A stretch of 64,000 nucleotides of DNA, taken from an uncultured Acidobacteriota bacterium (GTDB taxonomy: Bacteria > Acidobacteriota > Thermoanaerobaculia > Gp7-AA8). This document shows positions 11,814 to 21,728 of the stretch, in pieces. Below the pieces are notes generated by a model. It made no database searches. It was not told the DNA's origin and worked only from the letters and a program-made list of their open reading frames with translations. Position 1 is the first letter of the stretch; each line of letters opens with the position of its first letter. The position numbers were made by a program, and so were the translations under genes. The stretch is taken from positions 512,001 to 576,000 of the forward strand of contig CAVUKB010000007.1 of NCBI GenBank assembly GCA_963741955.1. The letters are read 5' to 3'.

Positions 11814-14800
11814 TTACTCCGCCGGAACGAACACCGCGTCCCCGGTCGCGTTCTCCACCACCGAAGCGTAGGCGATGATCGATGCGCCCGACGGTTCCGC
11901 CGTGATCTCCGCCCGGAGAGGGCCGGCCAGTGCCACTCCCGCACTGGAAAGAGGCGACAGAAGATTGACCGACTGGTACGGCGCGAGATGCTGGTCGATC
12001 ACCGCGACGACCGCGCCGCGTGAATCCCGGATGGTCACTTCGACGTCCGTATCCTCTCCTCCGAACTCGGCCAGTCCGATGTTGGTGCGCCGTGCGTCAT
12101 TCTGTACCAGGGGAAAGATCTGCAGCGCTGAGGGAGACGGGCTCCCCAGCGCCGCGATGCTCACCCGGCGTGAGGGCGATCCGAAGCTCTGCACGTACTC
12201 TCCGTAGGTTCCACTACTGCCGCCGTCGTTGTACAGCCGCGCCCAGATCGGGAGTACCGCAGTCGATTCGATCCGCAGCGCTCCGGTTCGAGCGGTCGCG
12301 ACGATGCGCCGCGGAAAGAGCGACGCGAGGAAATCGGAGCTGAACCATCCGGCATGCGGCTGCAGGTCGAGGTCTGCGCTCATGGCAGCCGAAGCGTCGT
12401 CTGCAGGAACGAATGTCACGTGTGCGGTCACCGGTGCGGAGGTCGGATTCGTCATCTGAAGAGAGGTCTTCCAGTCCGTTCCCTCCGCTCCGGGAGTCGA
12501 GCCGACGATCGCCAGCGCACCCGAGAGCCGCGGAAGCGCACTCGTCTCCTCCGAGACGTTGCGAGCGTAACTGAACACGGCATCTCCGGTGAGCGCATCG
12601 ATCCGGCTGACGTAGACGATGATCCCCGAACCACCGTCGACCCGGATGCTCGCCCCCTCGACGGCGTCGTCGCTGCCGAAGAGCGAGGTGGTGCTCGTCT
12701 GGCCCGCGCCGAACGGCTCGAGCGTCACCGGAACGGTGGATACATCGCCGCCCGCAGGATCGACGAGGGTGAGATGGACCGTTTGTGTGGAACCCGCCGG
12801 ATTCACGTATCCGATGTTGGTGCGGAATGAGTCATTCGCCGCAACTCCGAGAGCGAGCCGGGTCGGCGAGACCTCTCCGTCGATCCTCACTGCGGGTATG
12901 CGCTGGCCGAAGTCGCCCTCCGCAGCATGGTTGTAGGTGCGCACCGATGCGAGGACGGCCTCGGGGTTGCCGCTGTCGATCGCGAGAAATCCGGTCCCCT
13001 GATCCACTCCGAAGAGGTTCCGCACCACGTCGTCCGTCACCGTGGCAGTCCCGGCGTCGAACGAGAGCTCGACCGATCGGGCCGCGGCGGGATCTCCATT
13101 CGGCACGAACTTCAGCGTCATGCTGCAATCGGTTCGACACCCGAGGCTCAGCTCCGATCTCCAGTCCGTTCCTTTCGCGCCTCGGGATGCGATGACACCG
13201 GGGATGACCAGGGACGGAGCCGCGGTGGTGGTGGACTGTGCGGCCGTCCGCGGGGTGTAAACCGTGATCCGGAACGGCTGCCCTTCCGAGCCGCGGATCC
13301 GGACCTGCGCATCCTGCCGGCCGGACCCGGAGAGCGTCATCCGGCCCTCCACCACCGCAGTCTCTCCTCCCGCGAGGGTCTGCTGCGTAGGGATCGTCAG
13401 GGACGCGTCGTCCGTAGTGAGCTCCGCGGTAGCGTTTCCAGCGGTGCGGTTGTGGAGCGCGATCGGAATCGTCACGGAGGATCCGGGGAGCGCGAGCAAT
13501 GAAATGCCGGAAGTCACGAACTCCACCGGCGAAGGGTCTGCCGCGACGTGCAGCGCCGGGGACCATGGTCCCGCCGTGCAACCATCGGTCGCGCGAACAC
13601 GAACCCACGTGTCTCCCTCGTCGTGCACCCACGCCTCGGTCCGGGTCGTCTCACGCAGGGAAGGTGAAGAGAAGGCTGCGTCGCTCGCGCTCTCGATCTG
13701 GTAGAGCGGAACGGTCGCCGGACTCCAACCCACGTGGATCAGGCGTGGACCCGAATCGGGCTTCACGTATGGCGTGGTGACGGCGTCGAGTGAAGACGTG
13801 ACCCCCGCCAGAGTGCTGGCGATCCGGAGACTGAAGCGGTCCGCGGTCGCAAGAAGCGGCCCCGCCACCGCGATCTGTGACGGATCGGAAAGCCCGGTGA
13901 GATTGCCGGCGACCATCGGATGCGACGGGTCGCTCAGGTCGATACGGGTGATCTCGCCGGTCGAGAGTGCGATCCAGGCGACGTTCTCGCGGGCTGCGAT
14001 CGAAACGGCCGGACCGACCGCCAGATCGCCGACCTCGCGCGGAAGAGTCGGAGCCGAGATGTCGAAGACTCTCAGCTCGCCGGCATCGGCGAGAAGGAGA
14101 AGAGGAGGTGCCGTGCCGGTCGCCGGGATGGTTGCGGCGGCGGTGACGTCCGTGGCGTCGAGAATTTCGACCAGCGTCGCATGACGCGGATCGGAGATGT
14201 CCGCGACCTTGACGCCCTGGAGGATTCCGGCATACAGCGCTCCCGGGACGGCCGCGATGACGCCGTTGAACATTCCCACTCCTCCGTTCTTCAGGCCACT
14301 CAGCTGCACCGGATTCGCAGGATCGGAGATGTCGAGTACGTGAAGCCCGCTCGCTCGATTGACTTCGATCAGGTAGGGCCCCGCCATCACCGCGCCACTG
14401 AACGGAAGTCCGAAAGTCTCGTAGGAACCGATCAGGCGGGGATGGGCGGCGTCCGTGACGTCCAGCATGTAGACGTACTCCCGCCCGTGCGCCAGGAGGA
14501 GGTTGCCATCCAGATGCAGGAGATCGAACGGCTCGGGAAGCGTCATCGAACCGACTTCCCTGGGAGCGAGAGGCTCGCTCGCATCGATGACGTGGATGGT
14601 GCTCGAATCCGAGACGTAGATCGTCTGTCCCTTGATCGCGACGCCGGTCAGCTCGCCCCCCTGGCCACCAAACTGCCCGTCGAGATGCAGCGCGCGAGGA
14701 TCCGTCGCATCGTAGAGGCGCAGCGCCGACTCCGTTGCGACCGGGAGGCCGACGCGGTCGAGTGAATCGCCCGAAACGAGGAGGCGTCTCCCGGATGTCG

Positions 14801-15650
14801 CGAATGTCTCGACCGGCATCGGCACGTCATGCATCGCGATCGATCCGTCAGCGGAGAGCGTCGCGACGGTGATCGCTCCCACCGCGTTCCGGGCGAGGAA
14901 GGTCGAGTCGTCGAGAGGATGAACCTCTTTGAAATCTGCGGTTCCGGACGTCCCACGGGCCACGATCCTCGCAGGGGTGACGGAGGTGTCGAGAACCGCG
15001 AGAGAATCGCCGCCCGAGACGAGGAGCCGCTTACCCGACACGGCGAGCGCGATGCCTCCGACCGCGACGTGACCGTTCGCGGTCAGCCTTCCATTCCCGA
15101 GCTCGTAGATCGCAAGTCCGCGAGTTCCCTCGGCGACCCATATCCGCGTCCCGTCGACGGCGAGATCGTTTGCATTGCCGTCCAGTTCCACGAAGCCCCG
15201 TGAGACCGCGACACCGCTGCTGGTATCCCAGAGCGTCAACTCCTTTCCCGAAGCGGTCACGAAGAAGCCCGATCCCGCTGCGAGCTGGTCCGCAGTCGCC
15301 TCGGCGAAAAACTCCTGCGTGAGTGAGCCGTCACTTCCGAGCCGATAGCTGCGGATGCCGTCACTCGAAAGAAGCAGAACGTGAGCGCCGGCGACGCTGA
15401 CCTCGCTGCTCGGTCGCGGCGTCGTGACCATCGCGACCCGACGGATCGCGTCGGGATTCGAGAGGTCGTACACGGAGAGCCCACGACCGTCCGCGACGGT
15501 GGCGAAGTTCCCGGCGAAAGCGATCGAGCGAGCGGCGCCGCGGGATCCCCATTCTGCCAACGTGCCGCAGGTGGAGCCTGCGAGGGGGAGGGGCGCAGCG
15601 ACGAAGATGGAGAGCGCGATGACGGCGAATGCAGTGAAGGAGCGTTTCAT
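11814..15650 (-). CDS. Large secreted LVIVD-repeat (beta-propeller) protein with FN3/Ig-like region and tandem C-terminal modules
   Basis: Signal peptide; many LVIVD-type units (GLSVYDLSNP, GLHVLDISDP, LRVFDISAP); duplicated C-terminal modules. Confidence 0.85.
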   Translation of the reverse strand: MKRSFTAFAVIALSIFVAAPLPLAGSTCGTLAEWGSRGAARSIAFAGNFATVADGRGLSVYDLSNPDAIRRVAMVTTPRPSSEVSVAGAHVLLLSSDGIRSYRLGSDGSLTQEFFAEATADQLAAGSGFFVTASGKELTLWDTSSGVAVSRGFVELDGNANDLAVDGTRIWVAEGTRGLAIYELGNGRLTANGHVAVGGIALAVSGKRLLVSGGDSLAVLDTSVTPARIVARGTSGTADFKEVHPLDDSTFLARNAVGAITVATLSADGSIAMHDVPMPVETFATSGRRLLVSGDSLDRVGLPVATESALRLYDATDPRALHLDGQFGGQGGELTGVAIKGQTIYVSDSSTIHVIDASEPLAPREVGSMTLPEPFDLLHLDGNLLLAHGREYVYMLDVTDAAHPRLIGSYETFGLPFSGAVMAGPYLIEVNRASGLHVLDISDPANPVQLSGLKNGGVGMFNGVIAAVPGALYAGILQGVKVADISDPRHATLVEILDATDVTAAATIPATGTAPPLLLLADAGELRVFDISAPTLPREVGDLAVGPAVSIAARENVAWIALSTGEITRIDLSDPSHPMVAGNLTGLSDPSQIAVAGPLLATADRFSLRIASTLAGVTSSLDAVTTPYVKPDSGPRLIHVGWSPATVPLYQIESASDAAFSSPSLRETTRTEAWVHDEGDTWVRVRATDGCTAGPWSPALHVAADPSPVEFVTSGISLLALPGSSVTIPIALHNRTAGNATAELTTDDASLTIPTQQTLAGGETAVVEGRMTLSGSGRQDAQVRIRGSEGQPFRITVYTPRTAAQSTTTAAPSLVIPGVIASRGAKGTDWRSELSLGCRTDCSMTLKFVPNGDPAAARSVELSFDAGTATVTDDVVRNLFGVDQGTGFLAIDSGNPEAVLASVRTYNHAAEGDFGQRIPAVRIDGEVSPTRLALGVAANDSFRTNIGYVNPAGSTQTVHLTLVDPAGGDVSTVPVTLEPFGAGQTSTTSLFGSDDAVEGASIRVDGGSGIIVYVSRIDALTGDAVFSYARNVSEETSALPRLSGALAIVGSTPGAEGTDWKTSLQMTNPTSAPVTAHVTFVPADDASAAMSADLDLQPHAGWFSSDFLASLFPRRIVATARTGALRIESTAVLPIWARLYNDGGSSGTYGEYVQSFGSPSRRVSIAALGSPSPSALQIFPLVQNDARRTNIGLAEFGGEDTDVEVTIRDSRGAVVAVIDQHLAPYQSVNLLSPLSSAGVALAGPLRAEITAEPSGASIIAYASVVENATGDAVFVPAE

Positions 15651-15802
15651 GGCGGAAAGCGGAGCTAGCAATTCACGTGCTAGACGAAATCCCGTGAATA
15701 ATCCGGGCTAAAGACAACGGCCCGACCTCAAGCAAAATCAGCGTGTCAGCCGGGAGTCGACGCGAGCTTGCTGGGCAGCGAAGGATCCCCTCTCCGAGGG
15801 GC

Positions 15803-15844
15803 GCCACGGCTTCCGCCGTGGCCGCCACGGCTTCCGCCGTGGCC
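15803..15844. repeat. Tandem pair of 21-bp REP-like hairpins
   Basis: GCCACGGCTTCCGCCGTGGCC twice in tandem. Confidence 0.7.
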
Positions 15845-16210
15845 GCGCAGATCGCCTTCAGAACGCAACGAGACGACACCTGCGGAAGATGCGCAGTAAC
15901 TCCGCGCATCGGCTCTGTGAACACCCACAGTGCCCCTTAAGAAATTCGGGCCCTTTGGGCTAGCCCGCATTTCTCACAAGACTCTTTTGGGGGAGTTCAA
16001 CCGGAGCTGAAGGGGGCGTTCAGCGTAGATTTTGCCGGAATGGGGAGAGTTGGAGTCGAACAAGGCTGAAGTTATTTGACTGGGCGCTGGTTCCGGAGGG
16101 CGGCGGAGGTTCGGGCAGTATCGTGCAGCCAACGCTCAGACACACGTTTCCTCTGGTTCAGAGTTGAACAGACGTGGTTGCGGGAAGATGAGTTGAGGAA
16201 CGATCCGCCT

Positions 16211-17587
16211 TCAGGGAGAGGCAAGAGCTAAGTTGCTGCAGACCAGCGCGAACAGCTTCGTCATCGGATACCCACTCGAGAGTGAGATCCATATCTTGCG
16301 CGTGGTCACGCGGATCCGTGCTCCGATCTTGAACAGCTTCAGCCGAATTGTGTTGCACTGAGCGGTGGCCAGCTCGGTTCCTTTCAGTCCCAGCCGCCGC
16401 AACGCATTCATCAGCAGATAGGCCGCCGAAGAAAACCAGAGCCGCAACTGATTTGCTCTCATCGTTGCCGCCGAGGTCCGATCCGAAAACAGAAAACATT
16501 TCTGTTCCTTGATTCGGTTCTCCATCTCTCCGCGCTCACAGTAGAGCTCTTCGTACAGCGGCTTCACCGCCATCGCCTCCACCGGGAGCGACGTTACGAC
16601 GAACCTGCCGTTGGCTTTGTCCACCAGGTACTCGGCTTTCGCCACCACACGACGGGACCGGCTCCAGCTCTTGCGAGTCCGGTAGTTCAGATCCTTGTAG
16701 GTGCGGCACGCCTCGGAGAGATGTTGCGACTCGGCTCGTACCAGAGCCATCTCCGCCTCGATCATCGCCTCGAGGCGCCGGTTCTTGGGCAGACCGATCG
16801 CGTAATCGATCCCTTCGGACTCGCACCAGCTCAGGATCTCGTCGCAGCAGAATCCCGAATCAGCACGAATCACGATCTTCACATCCGGCCAGCTCTCACG
16901 GATCTGCCCAATGATCCGCCTGAGTTCCTCGACCGTTCCCTCGGCAGGTCCGACGCTCGCCTCTCGCAGACGTGCGCAGAGCAGATCCTGTCCACAGAAC
17001 ACGTAGAGTGGCAGATAGCAGTACGACCCGTAGTGGCCGTGGAAAAATCGCCCCTCCTGATTCCCATGGATTCTGTCCTCGGTCGTGTCCAGATCAATCA
17101 CGATCTGATCCGGAGGAGTCGACCTGGATTTTAAGAACACGTCGACGAAGAATTTATCAATCGCGTTTCCGTCATAGACGATCCGCTTGTATCGATCCTC
17201 CCCGTGACCATCCGGGGTCAACTCCAACCGGTTCAGCGTACTCTTGCCCGCCAGCGGCTGCCTGGGATCCGATTTGCCCGATAAGGTCCCGATCAGCGGA
17301 TCCTCACGCAGAGAATCGTGATCGTTCAGATCTTCATATCCGAGAGCCAATCCCATCACCCGCTGCCGGATCATCGACTCGAGCGAGTGCTGAACCAAAG
17401 TGCGTTTTCGGTAATCCCGAAAGCATCCGACGAACCTTTCCAGAATCCTCGTCCGCCTTTCCGTCTCGAGCAGCAGGAGCCCTCCCCCGTCCGAAGTGAG
17501 CTGTCCACCGTCGAACCTGGCGACGATCTCACGCCCTCCCACCCCTTGGAATCGCAACTCGTTCCCGCTACACTCTGTCTGCTTCAT
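16211..17587 (-). CDS. IS1380-family transposase
   Basis: FDGGQLTSDGG, GYEDLNDHD, DLDTTED, RADSGF and RGEMENRIKE; frame intact. Confidence 0.95.
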   Translation of the reverse strand: MKQTECSGNELRFQGVGGREIVARFDGGQLTSDGGGLLLLETERRTRILERFVGCFRDYRKRTLVQHSLESMIRQRVMGLALGYEDLNDHDSLREDPLIGTLSGKSDPRQPLAGKSTLNRLELTPDGHGEDRYKRIVYDGNAIDKFFVDVFLKSRSTPPDQIVIDLDTTEDRIHGNQEGRFFHGHYGSYCYLPLYVFCGQDLLCARLREASVGPAEGTVEELRRIIGQIRESWPDVKIVIRADSGFCCDEILSWCESEGIDYAIGLPKNRRLEAMIEAEMALVRAESQHLSEACRTYKDLNYRTRKSWSRSRRVVAKAEYLVDKANGRFVVTSLPVEAMAVKPLYEELYCERGEMENRIKEQKCFLFSDRTSAATMRANQLRLWFSSAAYLLMNALRRLGLKGTELATAQCNTIRLKLFKIGARIRVTTRKIWISLSSGYPMTKLFALVCSNLALASP

Positions 17588-17658
17588 ACCGCCGCCTCCC
17601 GTGCTGTTGATGTTGTTGTGCACACTCAACTTAATAGCACGGAACGGCGGTCTTTTTC

Positions 17659-19242
17659 GGTTCTCCTAACAGGTGTGTAGGTGCGGAATGATTGTCGGAG
17701 GCATGCAGGAACGGCGACGCGGCTGTTTTCGAGGAGCAAGTCGGTGTTCGCCGAAGCGTTCGGAAAGCGAAGTTGTGGAAACCGCGGAAAACGCCGCCAC
17801 CCGGCCGCCGCGTTTTCCGCCGTTCCCACAACTTGCCCCGCCGTCGCGGAAGGATCTGAAGGAGCCCCGAAAGTCGCTGCTCGTGGAGAGGTGAAGATCG
17901 AAGCAGCGATAGCAGGTTGGAATCGGCGAACCGTGCTGCCCATTTCCCGTAGTCTGTAGTCGATGAAACCAAGACACGGGGAGGACAGGCACGGTGCGCC
18001 TGACGACATTGTTCCGGAAGTTGCTCAACATGGCAAACGTAACGGTTCGCGGGGTTCGGTTCGAAGCTCGGAGTCTCTATCTCGACGTGAGTCCAACGTG
18101 GAGACGTCCGCGGTGCGGAGGGTGCGGACGGGTTGCTCCCGAGCTTCACGGAACGGTGATGAAGCATCGCGAATGGCGTCATCTCGGCCTCTGGGGATGC
18201 CGGGTGATGCTGCGGGCGGATCTGCCGCGGGTGCGTTGCCGCCGCTGCGGGGTGCGAACGGCCGCGGTTCCGTGGGCACGGCCTGGTTCGATGTTCACCC
18301 GCGCGTTCGAAGACGAGCTTGCCTGGTTTCTGCAGCGATCCAATCAAACCGCGGTCTCGGCGTACTTCAAGGTCAGCTGGCTCACGGCCGGACGGATCGC
18401 CGCTCGAGTGGTTGCCGAAAAACGCGACCCGAACGCGCTCGAGAATCTGACCCGGATCGGCATCGACGAGATCTGCTGGGGGCGGCCGAAGAAGTTCATG
18501 ACCGTGGTCACGAACCACGAGACCGGGCAGATGATCTGGGCGGCGAAGGGTAAAAGTGCAGAGGTTCTCGACGGGCTGTTCGATCTGCTCGGCCCCGAGC
18601 GCTGCGCGCGAATCCGTCTGGTGAGCATCGACATGAGCGCGGCCTTCGAGAAAGCTGTTCGCGACCGACTGCCGAACGCCGAGGTCGTTTTCGATCGGTT
18701 CCACGTGGTCCAACTCCTCGGGAATGCGATCGATCAGGTGAGGCGGGACGAGATGCGAAAGGCCACCGGCGAGGAGCGCTCCGCTCTCAAATCCACTCGG
18801 TTCGTCCTCCTGAAGAACCCCTGGAACCTGCGTGATGCCGAGGAGGCGAAACTCTCGGAGCTCGCGCGGATGAATCACACCCTCTTTCGCAGTTACCTGG
18901 TCAAGGAATCCTTTCAGGACATCTATGACTCCTCGTCCGTCCGCCAAGCTGATCGACGGTTCAAGCGCTGGTATCAGTCCGCGGTTCATAGCCGCATTCA
19001 ACCCCTCGTTCGCTTCGCGCGAACCGTCGCGGCGAAATGGCCTGGCATCCGCCGTTACTTCGAGTATCGACTCACGAATGCAGTTGCTGAAGGCTGCAAC
19101 AACAAGATCCGAATGCTCAGTCACCGCGCTTTCGGCTTTCACACCGCGGAAGCTCTGATCGCAATGGCGTTCCTCTGTACGTCAGCAATCGCATTCCATC
19201 CTCTCGGCCTATGAACTCTGCTACACACCTGTTAGGAGATCC
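17659..19242 (+). mobile_element. ISL3-family element, copy 1 (1584 bp)
   Basis: 22-bp IRs GG(T/A)TCTCCTAACAGGTGTGTAG; 8-bp target duplication TCTTTTTC at 17651-17658 and 19243-19250. Confidence 0.96.
17994..19214 (+). CDS. ISL3-family transposase
   Basis: CxxC...CxxC zinc finger, IGIDE, VSIDM, FDRFH and TNAVAEGCNNKI. Confidence 0.96.
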   Translation: MRLTTLFRKLLNMANVTVRGVRFEARSLYLDVSPTWRRPRCGGCGRVAPELHGTVMKHREWRHLGLWGCRVMLRADLPRVRCRRCGVRTAAVPWARPGSMFTRAFEDELAWFLQRSNQTAVSAYFKVSWLTAGRIAARVVAEKRDPNALENLTRIGIDEICWGRPKKFMTVVTNHETGQMIWAAKGKSAEVLDGLFDLLGPERCARIRLVSIDMSAAFEKAVRDRLPNAEVVFDRFHVVQLLGNAIDQVRRDEMRKATGEERSALKSTRFVLLKNPWNLRDAEEAKLSELARMNHTLFRSYLVKESFQDIYDSSSVRQADRRFKRWYQSAVHSRIQPLVRFARTVAAKWPGIRRYFEYRLTNAVAEGCNNKIRMLSHRAFGFHTAEALIAMAFLCTSAIAFHPLGL

Positions 19243-19276
19243 TCTTTTTCTCCCTACTGTGAGAAATCCGGGCTAG

Positions 19277-19435
19277 GAGTCTGCGCGGTAGAAACTGTCC
19301 TACTGCGAAAGCGGATCAGCGGTCCAAATCCGCCCGGATTTTCGGCGAGTAGCCACCGCTACGCACCTCAAATCCGAACGAATTTGGCCTCGGTGCTCCG
19401 CTTTCTCGCTACGGACGCTTCTACCGCGCAGACTC
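19277..19435 (+). mobile_element. 159-bp MITE, copy 1
   Basis: TIR GAGTCTGCGCGGTAGAA; flanked by CTAG and CTAA; three other near-identical copies in the window. Confidence 0.88.
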
Positions 19436-20071
19436 CTAAAGAAACACGAGCCGGCCGAAGCGGGCAGGCACGTGAAAGTCCGGCGGAGTCCGGCCGGTGG
19501 GACTCCAGGCGGTGAACTCGTCACCGGACGCAGCGCGGTCGATCCGGTAGAAATTCGCGAACCAGCTGGTGCCGGAGCGGACGGCGGCGTCGAGCGCAGC
19601 GAACGGGACGATGGTGAGCACTTCGCCGAGGAAACGCCGGTCGTTCTCCCACGTTCGCCGGATCGCGACCTGAAGCCCGGTGCACTGCCATCCGATGTCG
19701 ACCTTCATGGTCCGTCGGTCGCCATCGGGTGAGTCGACGCGCGCGTCGAACACCGCGCCGAGGGGATTGATCTCGATCTCGAAATACCGGTTTTGTGTTT
19801 CCGGAGCGAGGAAGAGCTCGACCACGTCTTCCTGGTAGAGCGAATCGTCATGGTCGACTTTGGTCGCCACGATTCCCTCGTCGCTGGTCTGGAAGAGGAC
19901 GTACAGCCGTGCGCCGTCGTGGTATGCGGTGACCGCGCTCGCCAGCCGCGGCGGAGCGCCGTCCGCGGAGCGGAGCAGGGGTTGGAGAGTGCATCCGGAG
20001 GGCACTCGCCACGGGTCTTCGATGTGGAAGTCTCCGCGCGGGACCGGAAGCTCGGGCAGCTGTCCAGACAT
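19436..20071 (-). CDS. Carbohydrate-binding family 9-like protein
   Basis: LYQEDVVELFL, YFEIEINPLG, ANFYRID, AWSPT and DFHVPARFG. Confidence 0.85.
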   Translation of the reverse strand: MSGQLPELPVPRGDFHIEDPWRVPSGCTLQPLLRSADGAPPRLASAVTAYHDGARLYVLFQTSDEGIVATKVDHDDSLYQEDVVELFLAPETQNRYFEIEINPLGAVFDARVDSPDGDRRTMKVDIGWQCTGLQVAIRRTWENDRRFLGEVLTIVPFAALDAAVRSGTSWFANFYRIDRAASGDEFTAWSPTGRTPPDFHVPARFGRLVFL

Positions 20072-20142
20072 CACCGGCAATGATATGCGAATCGGCAACG
20101 GAGGTCGGCACATCGCGTGCAGTCCCGCCAGTCGAGGATGAA

Positions 20143-20472
20143 ATGATGGATCCTGAGCTCGAAGAACTGAAAAAGGAATTTCTGGCGGATGCCGAAGCCA
20201 GAGTGGGACAGATCGAAAATGAGCTGCGCAGCGACGGGGCATTCGATCCCAAGGCGGTCGAACGGATGCTCTTCATCGCGCACCAGCTGAAAGGGGCCGG
20301 AGGAAGCTACGGCTTCCGCGAGATCTCTCAGGAGGCCGCGGAGCTCGAGCGGCTCCTGGAATCGGGACAGTCGGGAAACTGGAGCGATCAGGAGAGCGCG
20401 GTCCGGAGCAGGATCGGAAGTCTGCGTCGCGAGGTGGAAAGCCAGCAGCACGACCTGAGCATGACCGGCTGA
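20143..20472 (+). CDS. Stand-alone Hpt phosphotransfer protein
   Basis: IAHQLKGAGGSYGF Hpt motif; GAGGA precedes the ATG. Confidence 0.9.
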   Translation: MMDPELEELKKEFLADAEARVGQIENELRSDGAFDPKAVERMLFIAHQLKGAGGSYGFREISQEAAELERLLESGQSGNWSDQESAVRSRIGSLRREVESQQHDLSMTG

Positions 20473-21450
20473 TCAGTTCGGCTCCGCCCGATCTTTCCTG
20501 GTGCTCTCCGTCCGGTGGGATCTCTTCCGCCGCTCGGCCTGAACCTGATTGCGTCCTTTCCGCTTCGCGCGGTAGAGGGCGCGGTCCGCCGCTTCGATCA
20601 GCTCGCGTGCCGAACCGACATCGGTGTGCGGAAACGACGCCGCGCCGATGCTCACCGTCACCGGGATCTTCGCTTCGTCGACATTGAACCGCTCTTCCTC
20701 GACGAGGCTACGGATCTTCTCCGCGAACGCGACGACGTCGTCGAGCTCGGTCTCGGGCATCATCACGGCGAACTCTTCCCCTCCGTAGCGGGCGACGAGA
20801 TCGGACGAGCGGACCGAGCTGGTGAAGATCGCGGATGCCTTTTCGAGAACCTGGTCCCCGGCTGCGTGTCCCCACGTGTCGTTGATCTTCTTGAAGAAGT
20901 CGAGATCGATCATCGCCAGCCCGAGGGGCCGCTGATAGCGCCGCGCCTCTTCCCAGGTGCGCGAGAGCTCCTCCTGGAAATGCCGGTGGTTGTAGAGGTG
21001 GGTGAGGCCGTCCGTGACGGAGAGCCGCTCCAGACGCCGGTTCGACTCCATCAGTTCCTTCTGGAGATCGACGATCCGCTTTCCGGCGCGGATGCGGGCG
21101 GTCAGCTCGGCCGGATGGAACGGTTTCGTGATGTAGTCGTCCGCTCCGAGCTCGAGCCCGAGCACTTTCTCCTGCTCTTCGGCTTCGCCGGTGAGCATGA
21201 TCACGTAGTTCGGCCGGAGCCGCTCGTCTTCCTTGAGGCGGCGGCAGAGCACCAGACCGTCGATGTCGGGAAGGCGGCGGTCGAGGATCGCGAGATCCCA
21301 CGGTTCGCGGAAGAGGAGGGACGTCGCTTCTTCGCCAGTGCCCGCTTCGATCAGATTGAAGCCGCTTCGCTTCAGGAGAAGACGCACCAGGCGTCTGATG
21401 GAGGTGTCGTCGTCGACGACGGCAACGGTCATGGGAGTGAACTCTGCCAT
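20473..21450 (-). CDS. Response-regulator diguanylate cyclase (REC-GGDEF)
   Basis: Receiver domain, DGLT, DLDFFKKIND, RSSD inhibitory site and RYGGEEF. Confidence 0.95.
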   Translation of the reverse strand: MAEFTPMTVAVVDDDTSIRRLVRLLLKRSGFNLIEAGTGEEATSLLFREPWDLAILDRRLPDIDGLVLCRRLKEDERLRPNYVIMLTGEAEEQEKVLGLELGADDYITKPFHPAELTARIRAGKRIVDLQKELMESNRRLERLSVTDGLTHLYNHRHFQEELSRTWEEARRYQRPLGLAMIDLDFFKKINDTWGHAAGDQVLEKASAIFTSSVRSSDLVARYGGEEFAVMMPETELDDVVAFAEKIRSLVEEERFNVDEAKIPVTVSIGAASFPHTDVGSARELIEAADRALYRAKRKGRNQVQAERRKRSHRTESTRKDRAEPN

Positions 21451-21491
21451 TTCACGGAGATGAAGGCGCAAAGAGCTTGCCACTCGGAGGA

Positions 21492-21550
21492 GAGCGACGA
21501 GCGGTGAGCGACGAGCGGTGAGCGGCGAGCGGTGAGAGATGAGCGGTGAG
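21492..21550. repeat. Heptamer-type short tandem repeat
   Basis: Alternating GAGCGAC and GAGCGGT units. Confidence 0.7.
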
Positions 21551-21565
21551 TCCGTAGACTCCTAG

Positions 21566-21724
21566 GAGTCTGCGCCGTAGTAACTGTCCTACTGCGAAAG
21601 CGGATCAGCGGTCCAAATCCGTCCGGATTTTCGGCGAGTAGCCACCGCTACGCACCTCAAATCCGAACGAATTTGGCCTCGCTGCTCCGCTTTCTCGCTA
21701 CGAACGTTTCTACCGCGCAGACTC
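21566..21724 (+). mobile_element. 159-bp MITE, copy 2
   Basis: Same TIRs; CTAG at 21562-21565 and 21725-21728. Confidence 0.88.
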
Positions 21725-21728
21725 CTAG

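Larger units (their letters stand above)
15964..19272 (-). mobile_element. IS1380-family element interrupted by an ISL3
   Basis: Terminal IRs CCCGCATTTCTCACA (15964) and TGTGAGAAATCCGGG (ending 19272); CTAG direct repeats at 15960-15963 and 19273-19276; encloses an IS1380 transposase. Confidence 0.9.
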
